Of a stretch of DNA of 64,000 bases, positions 26,707-39,000 are shown piece after piece (within the stretch, counting starts at the first letter, position 1; the number at the start of each line of letters is the position of its first letter). The position numbers and the translations under genes were made by a program. The stretch comes from Camelus ferus (lineage: Eukaryota), in the NCBI RefSeq assembly GCF_009834535.1, contig NC_045696.1, forward strand, positions 4,776,001 to 4,840,000, read 5' to 3'. Below the pieces are notes generated by a model. It saw only the letters and a list, made by a program, of their open reading frames with translations. It was not told the origin of the DNA and searched no databases.

Positions 26707-27146
26707 TGTATTAGGGTTCTTCAGAGAAACACAACCAATAAGATACACACACGGGCACACACACACATGCATGAGAAACACAACCAGTAAGATACACACA
26801 CGCACATGGGCACACACACACATGCTTGCGCGCGCACACACACAGACACAGAGGTTGATTTTAAGAACTGGCTCACATGCTTATGGACTGACAGTTCAGG
26901 CAGGAGTTCTATCCTCTAGTCTTAAATAAGAATTTTGTCTCCAGGAAACTCAGTGCTTGCTCTTAAAGCCTTCAGCTGGCTGGATGAGGCCCACCTCTAC
27001 CATCAAGGATGTCTTTTCAGTAAAGCCAGCTGATGCAGATCTTCACCACATCTGCAAAGTACCTTCACAGCAACATCTAGATTAGTATTTGATGAAATAA
27101 CTGGGTTCTGCATTCTGGCCACGTTGACTTAAAACTGACCACCACA
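26707..27146 (-). mobile_element. ERVL solo LTR (MLT2 family)
   Basis: 'tgtattagggttcttcagagaaacacaaccaata...ttttaagaactggctcacatg...ctggatgaggcccacc...accttcacagcaacatctagattagtatttga...ttgacttaaaactgaccaccaca'. Confidence 0.88.
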
Positions 27147-28455
27147 TACCTGCATGCCGCCCCCGCACACATCTACGGGGGCTAAAATAGAGGGCTACTT
27201 GAACATTTTCTTGAATTACCAGGTTCATACGTGTGATGCTGCATGGATTTTCTTCCTGAAATTGGCATATAGCTTCATAGACATTTCAGGTGGGGATGGC
27301 ATGTAGATAAGGGCATAGGCTCATTGACCACCTGTGTCATATGGTCTTCAAGGCTGTTTAACTGACTGGCTGCCCCATGTCAGCTGATGACTGGGCTCAT
27401 GCTTCATTCAAATAGCAAAGCAGGACATGTCTCAGGCCTTTGGGGCCTCTTGTAAGTGGTCAGACACAAGGGTGATGTCCTTCTATGCTACGGGTCTGCT
27501 AGAATGGGCACACAGATTCCTACGGAACTGGGGTACCCAATGTTCACACGTGTGTGGTATCACCATTGTCAAGGTTCCGCATCCCCTCCTTGGGCTGCAC
27601 TGCTGGACAGTGGGTGCACGTGAAGTAGCAATACCTCTGCAATAGTAGGTGGTCAGCCCGGGGCTGGGCCAGCAGAGCGTGGGGCCCCGAGCCTGGGCTC
27701 GAGAGCTGGGCCTCAGAGCCACATGTGGGCCGGAGCAGTTGACTCAAGGTGAGACCAGTGGGCTGGCTCCAGGCCAAAAGCAGGACCAGGCTGCACCTGC
27801 AGGTTCCCAGTGACAGGGATGGGAGGCCAGGCCTTGTCATGGACAGCACGCTTCCGACCTGTCTGCTGCATTCTCAAGTGCTAAGGCCTGAGCATCATCA
27901 CAGAACTGCAACCCGGAGGCCCACAGAAGTCATCTCGGCTCCTTTCAAGGCTCTTACTTGCTTGCTGTTCCTTCATGCCAGGCCCTATTGCCTTGTACTT
28001 AAATGGTGACATTTCTGTTCAGGTTCCAGGCAGAATGGGCTAATTGATGTCTGTTAAGACTGAAAACAGAACATTAAATAGCATATTGTGGAAATAACTA
28101 ATCAGAGGGTTCTGCAAGCATCTGGTCACATGACAGTGGAGGAACCAGGGCCCTAAAGATGTTACATGGCAGCCCTGTGAATGCTGGTTTGAGGTTACAG
28201 GAAAAAAAAACAACAAAAAAACTTGGATTAGCTACCATCTAATGAAAGAAAGAAAAAAAAGGAGATTTGGCTTCTAAAGGCAATAACATGTGTTGACTCT
28301 GTTAGCAGCAGAAGCCATTTGGGTTCTTCCAGTGCTGTCGGGTGCTGCAGTCCCTCCCGCCTGTTTTCTCCCTGGAGCTGGTGTTTCTTCCCTTCCTGAC
28401 CCCTGCCTAGTTGCAGATAGAGATGAATTTTGACAGAACCGGGAAGAGTTGTTCT

Positions 28456-28737
28456 ATTTCCATGGCAACGTCAATTCACATTCTGCAGGTGTATGGGCGG
28501 CCACTTAGGCCACTGACTAAATGAAGGCTCCTGAAGGTTCTGTGCGTTTCGGTGCCTGGCCAAAAATAACTTGGCATGCCACCGTGCCTCCCAGCCGTGT
28601 AGAGAGAGGCATTAAACTGACTGGATGCCAACTGTCAGCTCCGTTGCCATCTTCTTGCTAAAGAGGAAGAAACAGAACTGCAAACGTTTGGGGGGAGGGG
28701 CGCCCGCCGGGGGCGGCTACATTGTTTCCATGGTCTC
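28456..28737. promoter_or_regulatory. Candidate enhancer with RFX X-box, NFI half-sites and GC boxes
   Basis: ATTTCCATGGCAAC (28456-28469), GTTGCCAT (28643-28650), GTTTCCATGG (28724-28733), TTGGCA (28571) and TGCCAA (28626), GGGCGG (28495, 28711); locally CpG-enriched unique sequence. Confidence 0.45.
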
Positions 28738-29559
28738 AGAAATCGCTGAATGGAACGTGAAATATATTCCAACTTGTTCACCCCAGGGGCACCAGATAAT
28801 TTGTATTTCAGCAGAAGTATTATAATTACATAGTTTAGAGTTAGAATTAATTAGCATTGGGGGAAGTAGTGATAAAACCGAGCAGTTATTAAAAAATTAA
28901 TTTTCATAGAAGTCAGTTTGGAGAGTCTTGCTTTACTTTTTGAAAGATTTTTTTTTTTCTTTTTGACACTGAAGGGAGATAAAAGGATATCCCAATTCAG
29001 TGATCCCATGATCAACCTAAAATGATAACCATCCTTATCCGTGGGTGTTTGCACTGGATGGTGAAAGTCCAAATCAATGGTACAGATGCCAAGGGCTTTT
29101 CAGAATTGATCAAGAATCAGGGTGATGTTTGAGGGTTATATGTGGGGAAAAAAATGCTCATGTTCAGAAAAACGACCACATTGCCAAATACATGGGTTCA
29201 TGTCAACCTTATTGACATTGGACATACCCGAGAATCACTTAATACATTACTCTAGACATGTGGGATACTTTAGTCATTAAATGCAATTTGAAGAATAATT
29301 TTTGAAGTCATTAAGCATTGTCTACACGTGTACTGTTGTGAGGCTCTCCTGGGAGCTCCCGGGCACCTGGGAATAAGAAAGACAATCTTTGCCCTCAGGA
29401 AGCTTTTACTCTTAGTTTCCTGGAGTGAGGAGTCAGAAAAGACCATTTATAGTTAAGGAAAAGTATCTTTGCCTGCGATTGGAGTTTTATGACACTACCA
29501 TTTGTACATTACTAAATTCAAAGGCATTCACAGTTAAATCTTCATTTTCGAAAACTGAT

Positions 29560-29830
29560 CAATGTTTTGTAGTATATAAATGCCTGTCCTTATTCTTAGA
29601 AGACAGTGTGGAAGTATTTAGGGGCAAAGGGGCATCAGATATACAGCTTACTTTTAAATTGTGGAACAGCAGCAAGAACAATATTATTATTGCAGATAGA
29701 AAAAGAGAAAATGATGGAGAAAAAGTGACAAATTGTTATCAAGTAGCAACGCTCAGTGAAAGCTACGCTGCAGATGAAATGATCACTTTTGTAGATGTTT
29801 CTTTGTATTTTTTCCAAAATTATAAGTTAA
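29560..29830 (+). mobile_element. Old L1 3' end (L1MC4/L1ME-like)
   Basis: 'gtccttattcttagaagacagtgtggaagtatttaggggcaaaggggcatc...gagaaaatgatggagaaaaagtgacaaattgtta'. Confidence 0.7.
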
Positions 29831-31534
29831 CAATTAATGGAGTATATAGCTTTTGATAAAATGATCATTTTCAAAATTTCAGAAACAGCATTAAGAAACC
29901 ATTGCTGTAGAAATGGTACTCCTTCAAAACATTTGACACATTCAGAAAAGGCTATTTCCCATTTCAGAATATCAATAGAGACATTTCTGTTACATTCAGA
30001 GACCTAGGGAAGTGGTATACTTCTACATATAGAAGGTCTAGATTTTAATAAAGTCTGGGAACTCATTCTTTAAGGAAAAATAAAAATAAATTCTGCACAC
30101 TGCCCACCTCTTCTTAAAAACACTGTTGTATGTTCTTTCCCCTCTTCCTTCCCAAACTACACACGTGCCACTGTTCTGGAATGGAGTGATCAGCTGACCC
30201 ACTCAACATCTGTCCATGTCAATCAGAGCTGCTCTCTTCAGAGTCTCACGGGACAAGAATACCCAGAGTTTGATTAGCTCGTCCATAAACCTGTATTAGA
30301 GATGGTTTAATAACCACTATTACTTAGCAGATATCACACATTTCTATCACATTTACTACTACAGAAGAGAAAACAAAGAATGAAATCAGACTGCTCTCAG
30401 GTCCATCTGTGCATGCTGTTACTTTGCGCTATAAAGAAAAAAAGATCTGCTTTCATATTTAAATGAATGTCAATATTTTTTTCATCTCCTTTACACTGTT
30501 AGATATTGCCACAGAGCATTGGAATATGCACTGATACAACCTGGGTTGTCTGACTGTAGTTTACTGAAATCTCTACCTGCTTTATGCAACGTCAGGAGGG
30601 AAAACCAAGATCCAGAGGTGCTGAGCTTTCTTTTGAGTAAGGAGATGGGCTCCGATTTTCTGATGTGTTAAGTTGCAGCCTGGGGCATTTTACTCATCCA
30701 GAGTTCTAACAGTGAGCTGTGTTTTAAGAGGAGTAAGTGTGATATAGTAAAATTAGTAAGACAACCTTGTTCATTTTCCCTGGGATGTTGAAGCACCGCA
30801 GGACACCTGGCTCGGTGGGAGGAAAGGTGTTTCTGGAATTGTAAATAGAGCAGGTAGGATGGAGGTGACCCTGGCAGCTCTAAGGTAACCCTGCGGGAAC
30901 ATGGGGTATGGATTACCATATTCATTGGATTGTCTTTGTACTTGTCACGGTTTCTCTTAAATTATCTCAGGAAGTTTTCATTTTTTCAAAGGCGACATTT
31001 TTAAGAAAAATGTGTGACTGCTGGTTCGTGCCCAGCTGACGCCTGTCTCTGCTTACACACGTGGCCTCGGATTTCCATATGGATTCTGTACAGTCTCTCA
31101 CCGCCTATTTACCCAGCAGTTTTGAGACCAAAGCCTCAGGAATTTATGAAGTGCCTTTCTGTTGCCTCTTCCAATCTGTGATTCGGTTCCTGGAGAACTG
31201 TATGACTGTTTTTGACTGTTCTTATGTTTTCTTCATTATTATATGCATTTTCTGATTTTTAAATCTGACTTCTAAATATGTTATTTTTCTTGTATTATCT
31301 CCATTTAGTTGACACCCATACACCTGTTTTAGTTCTTAAATTTTTGTTTGTTCCCGAGAGGGATTTTCATTCTCTTGACCACTGTCGTTCCTGCACTTGT
31401 GTGAACGATGTACCCGTATATCCTGGGCGTGATTTTACTCCTGTCTTGACAGGATGCCCTGACAGCAACCTCTTTTTGTTCAAGGGCAAATTACATCTCA
31501 GAGAGGTGAGTGATCTGAGTGAGAAGTTCTAACT

Positions 31535-32735
31535 GTTTCATTTATTATTGAGTTATAGTCAGTTTACAAGGTTGTGTCCATTTCTGGTGTACAGCACAAT
31601 CCTATCATACATGAATATATATATACATATATATATATAAATATAAATTTTTCATTTTCTTTTTCACTGTAAGCTACTACAAGGTATTGAATCTGCTTCC
31701 CTGTGCTACAAAGTATAAACTTGTTTATCTGTTTCATATATACCAGTCAGTATCTGCAAATCTCAAACTCCCAGTTTATCCCTTCCCACCCTCCTCCCCG
31801 CTGGCAACCACAAGTCTGTATTCTATGTCTGTGAGTCTGTTTCTGTTTTATATGTAAGTTCATTTGGCTTTTTATTTTTTTTTTAAATTTCACATATGAG
31901 TGATCTCATATGGTATCTTTCTTCTGCTTTCTGGCTTACTTCACTTAGAATGGCATTCTCCAGTAACATCCATGTTGCTGCAAATGGCATTATTTTATCA
32001 TTTTTATGGATGAGTAGTATTCCATTGTATAAATTGTACCACAACTTCTTTATCTAGTCATCTGTTGATGGAAACATTTAGGTTGTTTCCATGTCTTGGC
32101 TATTGTACATAGTGCTGCTATGAACACTGGGGTGCAGGTGTCTTTCTGAATTAGAGTTCCCTCTGGATATATGCCCAGGAGTGGGATTGCTGGGTCATAT
32201 GATAAGTCTATTCCTAGTCTTTTGAGGAATCTCCATACTGTTTTCCACAGTGGCTGCACCAAACTGCATTCCTACCAGCAGTGTAGGAGGGTTCCCTTTT
32301 CTCCACAGCCTCTCCAGCATTTGTCATTTGTGGACTTTCGAATGATGGCCATTCTGGCTGGTGTGAGGTGACACCTCATTGTAGTTTTGATTTGCATTTC
32401 TCTGATAATTAGTGATATTGAGCATTTTTTCATGTGCCTGTTGATCATTTGTATTTCTTCCTTGGAGAATTGCTTGTTTAGGTCTTCTGCCCATTTTTGG
32501 ATTGGGTTGTTTTTTTCTTATCAAGTCATGTGAGCTATTTATATAGTCTGGAAATCAAGCCCTTGCCAGTTTTAATCTTTTGCAAATATTTTGTCCCATT
32601 CCATAGGTTGTCATTTTGTTTTGCTTTTGGATGGTTTCCTTTGCTGTGCAAAAGCTTGTAAGTTTAATTAGGTCCCATTTGTTTATTTTTGCTTTTATTT
32701 CTGTTGCTTGGGTAGACTGCTGTAGGAGAACATTA
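31535..32735 (-). mobile_element. LINE-1 (~1.2 kb): 3' UTR plus end of ORF2
   Basis: 3' end related to the copies at 11551 and 23255; the minus strand translates to the L1 ORF2 C-terminus ([32 protein letters not shown]...CTPVFIAALCTIAKTWKQPKC). Confidence 0.97.
32050..32700 (-). pseudogene. Disrupted L1 ORF2 C-terminal (Cys-rich) coding remnant
   Basis: ORF 32050..32262 carries the hallmark motifs '[11 protein letters not shown]' and '[12 protein letters not shown]'; it runs out of frame after QPKC and is 5'-truncated, so it is non-functional. Confidence 0.9.
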
Positions 32736-33063
32736 ATGCATGTTCTTTGTTGTGGAGAATAACACCTGTCTGCTCAGAGTGAAATTCCATAGTATTCATG
32801 GTGGGGTGGAGAGAAGAGAAGACAAAAAGACAAGGTGGGCTGAGTAAAGCAGAGGAGGATGCCAGGAAGACAGACAGACAAAAGTGAGAGAGAAAAGAAA
32901 GAGGTAGTAAGAAAAAGATAGAGGAGGGGAACATGAGAGCCCCTTTTATGCACCATTGAGGCTTGCAGTCAGAAGTTTTGGAGCAAATGGGCAAGCACTG
33001 AGGCTGCTGGAAGTATCTGTAGTCCCTTCCCTGCTGATCTCAGAGCCTTCCAGGATGCGGTTG

Positions 33064-33093
33064 TGCTGTTAAAAGGTCCAGCAGGGGGCACTG
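33064..33093 (+). promoter_or_regulatory. CTCF binding motif
   Basis: CCAGCAGGGGGCAC (33078-33091) fits the core CCASYAGRKGGCRS, with TGCTGTT 7 bp upstream resembling the ZF9-11 upstream motif. Confidence 0.6.
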
Positions 33094-36000
33094 CCCGAGT
33101 ATGAACAGGGGAGGCTAATGCGCTATTACTCCTAAAGCATGTAACTATACAGGGTGGTATGCATTCGCCAAAGATGAAACATACAGTGAGATTTAAAGAT
33201 GATATGCAAAGGTACAAATTAACAAATTGATGACGATTTTCATTACTGATTAACCAAGTAGTCAGAAGTTGGTGCTTTCCTAAGAAATGTCTAATTATAG
33301 GAAACCTGAGATCTACTTGCTCTTGGCAATAGATGGACATAGAATAACGCAACTTGAAGAAAGTCTCCCACACGCTGCCCTCTCCCTTCTCCTACAGGCC
33401 TTGAAGATCATTAAATGTCTCTGTCTCTGACATTTTTGGCTCCAGAACATCGCAAGATGTCCATATTTCCAACAGCTTGAAGTCATAGCTGTAAGGTTTA
33501 GAAGGACAATGATTATGCTTGTCTACTTGCTGTTGTATCTCCAACGTGCAGTGGGGTGACTACCCTGAGCAGGTGTTAAATTGATATTTGTTAAATGGTA
33601 GAAATGAAGGGAAATAGACTCAGTTGTTCTTGTGAGTGTGAAAGAGCAGGATTCAGTCCAGGTAGAATGGACAAATTAATTTCTTCTCATTTGCGACCGT
33701 TGAATCAAGTTTAATTAGAAGGACAACACTGTTAGGTGGATTCTCTTGTCCAGACACACACACACACCTTCTTGCAAAACTATACAACCTGCTTCCCTCT
33801 GTCCTCCTTCCAGAGAATGCTACTCTGTGTGCAAGTCTTTTCCTTGCAGCTGGACCTCAACTCTAGTACCTTTTAGGTCAGCTGATAATCAGAGTTGTGA
33901 GTGGCTTGTTTTGGTGGAAGTACAGGATTCTAATTTTATTCAGTGAAGAATTATAAGATAAAGAGACTCATGGGAGTTTCATTAATAATTTGATTCTGGT
34001 TTGATCCTTTGCATTTTTTTTTTGATTGAAGAGCTGTTTTCTTTGAAGAAATGGTTAATTTGGCTCAACCAGAATCATGTTCTGTCTTGATTATTTTTGT
34101 TATTAAGTAACATACATTAAATTTATAATGTTTTTTTTCAGTGGGAGCTCTCATGTGTTACTCTAACCAAGAAATTCATGGAATGACCTTAATTCTTTGC
34201 CTTTGATTGTATCTATATGTGACTATATTTTTAACATCACTTTCATGAGGGCTGTTAAAAAATTTCTTTTCATTTCTTTATCTGTAAAATGGGCATGAAA
34301 TTATCTGTTCTCTCTCTCCTTTCTCAAGAGTGGCTGAGAACATGGGAAAGCAATTGCTGAACTGGAAAAGCCCTATTCCACAAACAGAATTAAGCAAATT
34401 AATAGAATTTTATTATCCTCCCAATAAATGTAACTTTTATGATTAACACATATGTGCACAAAACAATTCTGACATATTTTTAAAAGGCAGGAATTTTATG
34501 GAATTTTTGAACTATAGCATAAACATGATAAACTTTTCTCAAATAAAAATTTCTTGCTTTTATTCTAATATGTAGATAAGTACAGTACTGATATCTTGAA
34601 CAACTCATTATTTAAAAGTAAAGATATATTTTAATTGTCAAAAGTATTTATTAGAAGGCAACAACTGCTGATGTCTGACTACGCAACTAGACTATTAGGG
34701 ATAAAAATACCAACCCTACTGACAGAAATAAATTCTCCTCTAAATGTGATTGTCTTTGATTGAAGCATAACCAATACAGTGTTTATTTCTATGTTAGATT
34801 TATCTGTATTTATAAGTGTTTTATAGTGATCGTTTTGTTATTTATCTTGGAATGTTTGGGGGGCAGTTTTGGGATCTTTCGGAAAAAAAAATTTCCAAGC
34901 ATTTCTTATGCAAGTTGCTTTGTCTTCTAGTTTTTTTTTTGCTTCACAATGCACGTATGAAATTTTTAGAGCTTTACGAGTCATTAAGGTATTGTGCTTA
35001 GGCCTTATCCTTGCTCTTTAATGTGATGCGATGCGATTCTCACACAGGATTGCCACTGGCCAGCCGCTCATTGCGGGGTCCACGTCTGTGTCAGGTCTTC
35101 CTTGTCAAGCTGCGTCCACTGCATTATTGGCATCTGCTATTGGGGTGAACGTGCCCGGGCCCCCTGGGAAATCAGGGACAGTCCCCTGCCTCTGAGTGAG
35201 ATGAGCAAAGAGCACCCCCGCAAAGTCCTCTCAGTGAAGAATGGAAAATGCGGTCCCTCAGGCATCTGCATGCTGGCAGGGTCTGCCAGCGATTTCTCCA
35301 GCCTCTAGTGCAAAAGAGAAGCATCTTGGTCAAAGAGCCTTCGCTAATCAGTAGATCAGTAGGAAGTGGTGGAGAGATTTGGCATCATCTCAGGTCTTTG
35401 GGGTTCACTATCCACATGGCTTTTACATTCTGCTTACTGTTTTATTTCCTTGGAATCTGTGGCTGCAAATGACTGTGCTTTAGGAAACTGAGAGTCCAGT
35501 GAAAGCTTTCCCCTTTCCCGTGTGGCATACGACTCCACTAGAACAACATCAAAGAGGCAGAATTTGGGGGATAGAGGTGGAAACAACTTTTTCAATGAGT
35601 GCAAAGTGCAGTTGCAAGAGGAAGCAGTGAGAACTTTGTGTTTTAGACATTGGACAGCTTACCCGTGTTGGGCCCTGGTCCTGTTCTTACCATGTTCTTA
35701 GTACTCAAGATCCAAACTTTGCTTCAGAAATGCATCATTTGGCCATTATTCTTCCCATCAAAATGTTTTTCTGCATATTTAAATGCCAAACTCTTTAGTT
35801 AGCTTATTTCAATTTGATTTAAATTAACCTGTGCTTGGGATCTTTTTACCATGACCAGATTGCATTTAACAATTGGGTTTATTCTAATAATAAAAAATAG
35901 ACTTTGGGGATATTTCCCCGTCTCCTTTTGAGTTGTAGGTAGCATGTTAATGTCCATTTGAAATGTGGATGAAGTGTAAATCTCAGCATATTCCATTTGA

Positions 36001-39000
36001 CCTATTTCATTATGGATTTATTTCATTTATTTTCCAAAAGTCCCACAAGCAGTTCTTGCTTGGTTTTGCGAGTTGAACGATTTGGTAAATTGTATGGTGA
36101 ATACCCACAGGTAACAGTCTCCTTCCTGTCTGATGGTGTGATGTGTATCCTGTCACACCCTTCCCTATAACCAGATTAAAGACGATCTGTTGATTTAAAG
36201 TTGTTCCACTTTAGCAAATAAAACAAAGCAAAACAAAACATTAAACTCTGCCCATCTTTTCACAACTACATTTAGCAAATACCTGTGGATTTCTGATCCC
36301 AAAGGTACAGGGATTGGTGTTTCTGTAAAGCAGCTGTATCAGGAGGCATCAGTTCACAAGTGTGTGGAAGAGAGCTAGAGGCTGAGGGACACAGAGGAAG
36401 TTGCCACATAGGTCTGCACAGAGGGCAGATCTAACCACCTCCTGTAAATGCAGCTTATTTAAAAAAGAAGAAAAGGGAAATATACATCAGAAGTGCATGA
36501 GTTAACCGCTATATCAAGACAGCAAGCACCCTGTATGTAAATGTGTGACTACTGTTTGTCATCCATGGTTAAACGGAAGAGCTGCCTGTTTTAATGACAT
36601 AAGAGACTACTTATTCTCTGAAATCAGACCCTGGCATTTAATAATGGTTGCTGTTGTTTTAACAAGGAAGGTCTATTTTCAAATCAAAGTGTCACTTCTC
36701 TCATAATATGCTTTATATTTGCGGTTAATGTTTTAGTAACAGTAAGGCAAAGTATATTTTTCCTCCTTTGATTACTACCTGATCAACATTTTCCATATTA
36801 TACTTGGAGTCAATGTTTTACCAACACAATAAGGCAAAAAAGATATGTTTTCTCTTCCTAGAGAACCACCATTTCCTTTGGCCACATCTATAAACTTGAC
36901 ATTTTGGTGAGCACACGAGGTTTTGGGGTGTAGAAAGGGCTCCTAACTCTTCCTAATCTGCTGCTTTCAGTCAGTAATTGATCCTCAAATACCGTGTACC
37001 ACTCTGTATCCGAATGAAGCCGACTCTGAGCCTCTCAGTTTTCCCACTCCAGCGAGATGGAGCAAATAAAGTGGTCAAACAGCCTTGGATTCTTTCATCT
37101 TTCTTCTATGAAGTCAGTGAGTCAGCAGCTCCCATTGGCATTTTTCATGTCTATCAGGGAAAGCCCGGGGCAGCAGGGGTTCTAGAAAATGGCCTCAAAC
37201 CTTCAAACCAGGGATCTAATTAGCTGGAATACTCATTCTTTATTGCTTGTCTGAAAACCCGTGTGATAGATGTCGTCACCTGTCCCCAGCGCACGCTAGC
37301 TTGGCTGTTGAGATCAGCGGTGAGGAAGTCTTGACAGTGCTCGTTTGTCTTGGAGATTAACAGAGCTGCTTATAAAACTGGTTGCATATCTTTGAATGCA
37401 AGCATGCAGTGCATTCATTACAAAGCTTTCCCAGTAAACCTTTAAGAGTCTCAAAAGAAACACAAGTTAGTTAAGAATGTTATCTTCAATTTATACTTTA
37501 CAGTGGATGATTTTGTGTCTTTTTTTTTTAATGGTTCTTGGCAGCATTTTAAACATTTTCCAGAATGAAAAAGAGCTATAGTTACTTTGCTCATTTCATA
37601 GATAGACACTTGATTAATAGAGTTGCTGGTGGAGTGTTAGAAGTCACAGGTGCTGGGATCAGCACATGCAGAGGGACTGAGTATGGGAGTCGCAGTGGGG
37701 TTTTAAGTGAGGAACACTGCGTGTCACGGTCATCAGCAACTCCCGGGGAGATCCTTCATGCCGAGCTGAGATCCCAAAGAGTAGTTTAATTGACATGTTT
37801 GGAGCTAAAAGTTTCTGACAGCCTACCTCATACCTTAGCACCACCCTGTTCACTCGGTAATGTAAGGGTTCCTGTAAATGGGGGGAGATTACGGGACCCC
37901 CAGTGTTCATCAAGCGGAGAAAACTCAGTATAGCATTTGCCATAGAGGTGTTCTCTGGAATTCTACGAGGCAGAGGCAGCAAAAAGCAGTTGTGAAGGAT
38001 TGAGAAAAGTCCGAGTGATAGAAGTTTTCTTAGAATTTACCAGATGTTTTCGCAGAATGTTATGAATGAATTATAAACAACTCTGGACTTTCCTAGCTTA
38101 ATTAAACAGTAAATAAACCAGTTAAAAATAACTGGAAGGAAGTTTTATCATGTGAGAGTACTTACCTCCACGGACATGGTTCTTTTCTATTTACCTTTGC
38201 AGGATAACATGATGAAACATTGTGGTTTTAAAACTGTGCTGATTTTCTGACAATTTCTGGACTCAGCTGCCTGCCCCTAGCAGTTTGGGTCTGGACATAC
38301 CCTGTGAGTGATGGTGAGCTAAGTCCATTTCCACTGGTTCCTCCAACTCTATCTTGCTGAGGTTGTCTCAGAGCTTTTCTCTTCTGTCAACTAACTATGA
38401 AACGCGTAGGCAGGTTATGGGAGACAGTGGTAGCCACGAAACCAAATCATGAACAAGGTCTTACCTTCCTTTCCACCTGGCAGAAGCCTCAGTCTTACCT
38501 TGCTCTTCTGAGTCCTGTGACACCAGAGGACCATATAACTACCCCGGGCATCTCCCACAGAGGAAAACATGAAAGCTGGTGTGACATACCATTTTCACTA
38601 GATTTTTTTTAATAATGGGATTTTTTTCTGACAATAAAAATAATATACATTTCATTTGGATAGTTTAAAACCTACAGAGAAATACGAGAAGAAAATAAAA
38701 AGCACTTATAGTTTCACTGCTTCACCCCAAGGTAATTAATCAGGCCCAATTCCAAGAGGGGAGTCCAAATTCACATAGAGCACAGTGTAGAAGGCGGCCC
38801 CTGAACTTGAGCGGCTCGGGGGTCGGAACCCCCACTATCACTTGATGGTATGTGACGTTCGAGTCTTTTCCAGAACCTCTCTGGTTTTTCTTTTGCTTTA
38901 CAAAATTGGTATCAAGCCAGACCGCCAGTTTAAAGCTTGCTTTGTCTTGTATACCATCATGTCGTGCCTGCTGACCATAGAATTCCACTTCAAGAATTCT

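Noticed and set aside
29425..29856. 143-aa ORF
   Set aside because: Lies mostly in an old L1 3' UTR fragment, with a GTG start.
32171..32371. Plus-strand [13 protein letters not shown]...
   Set aside because: Antisense reading of L1 ORF2, a common spurious translation.
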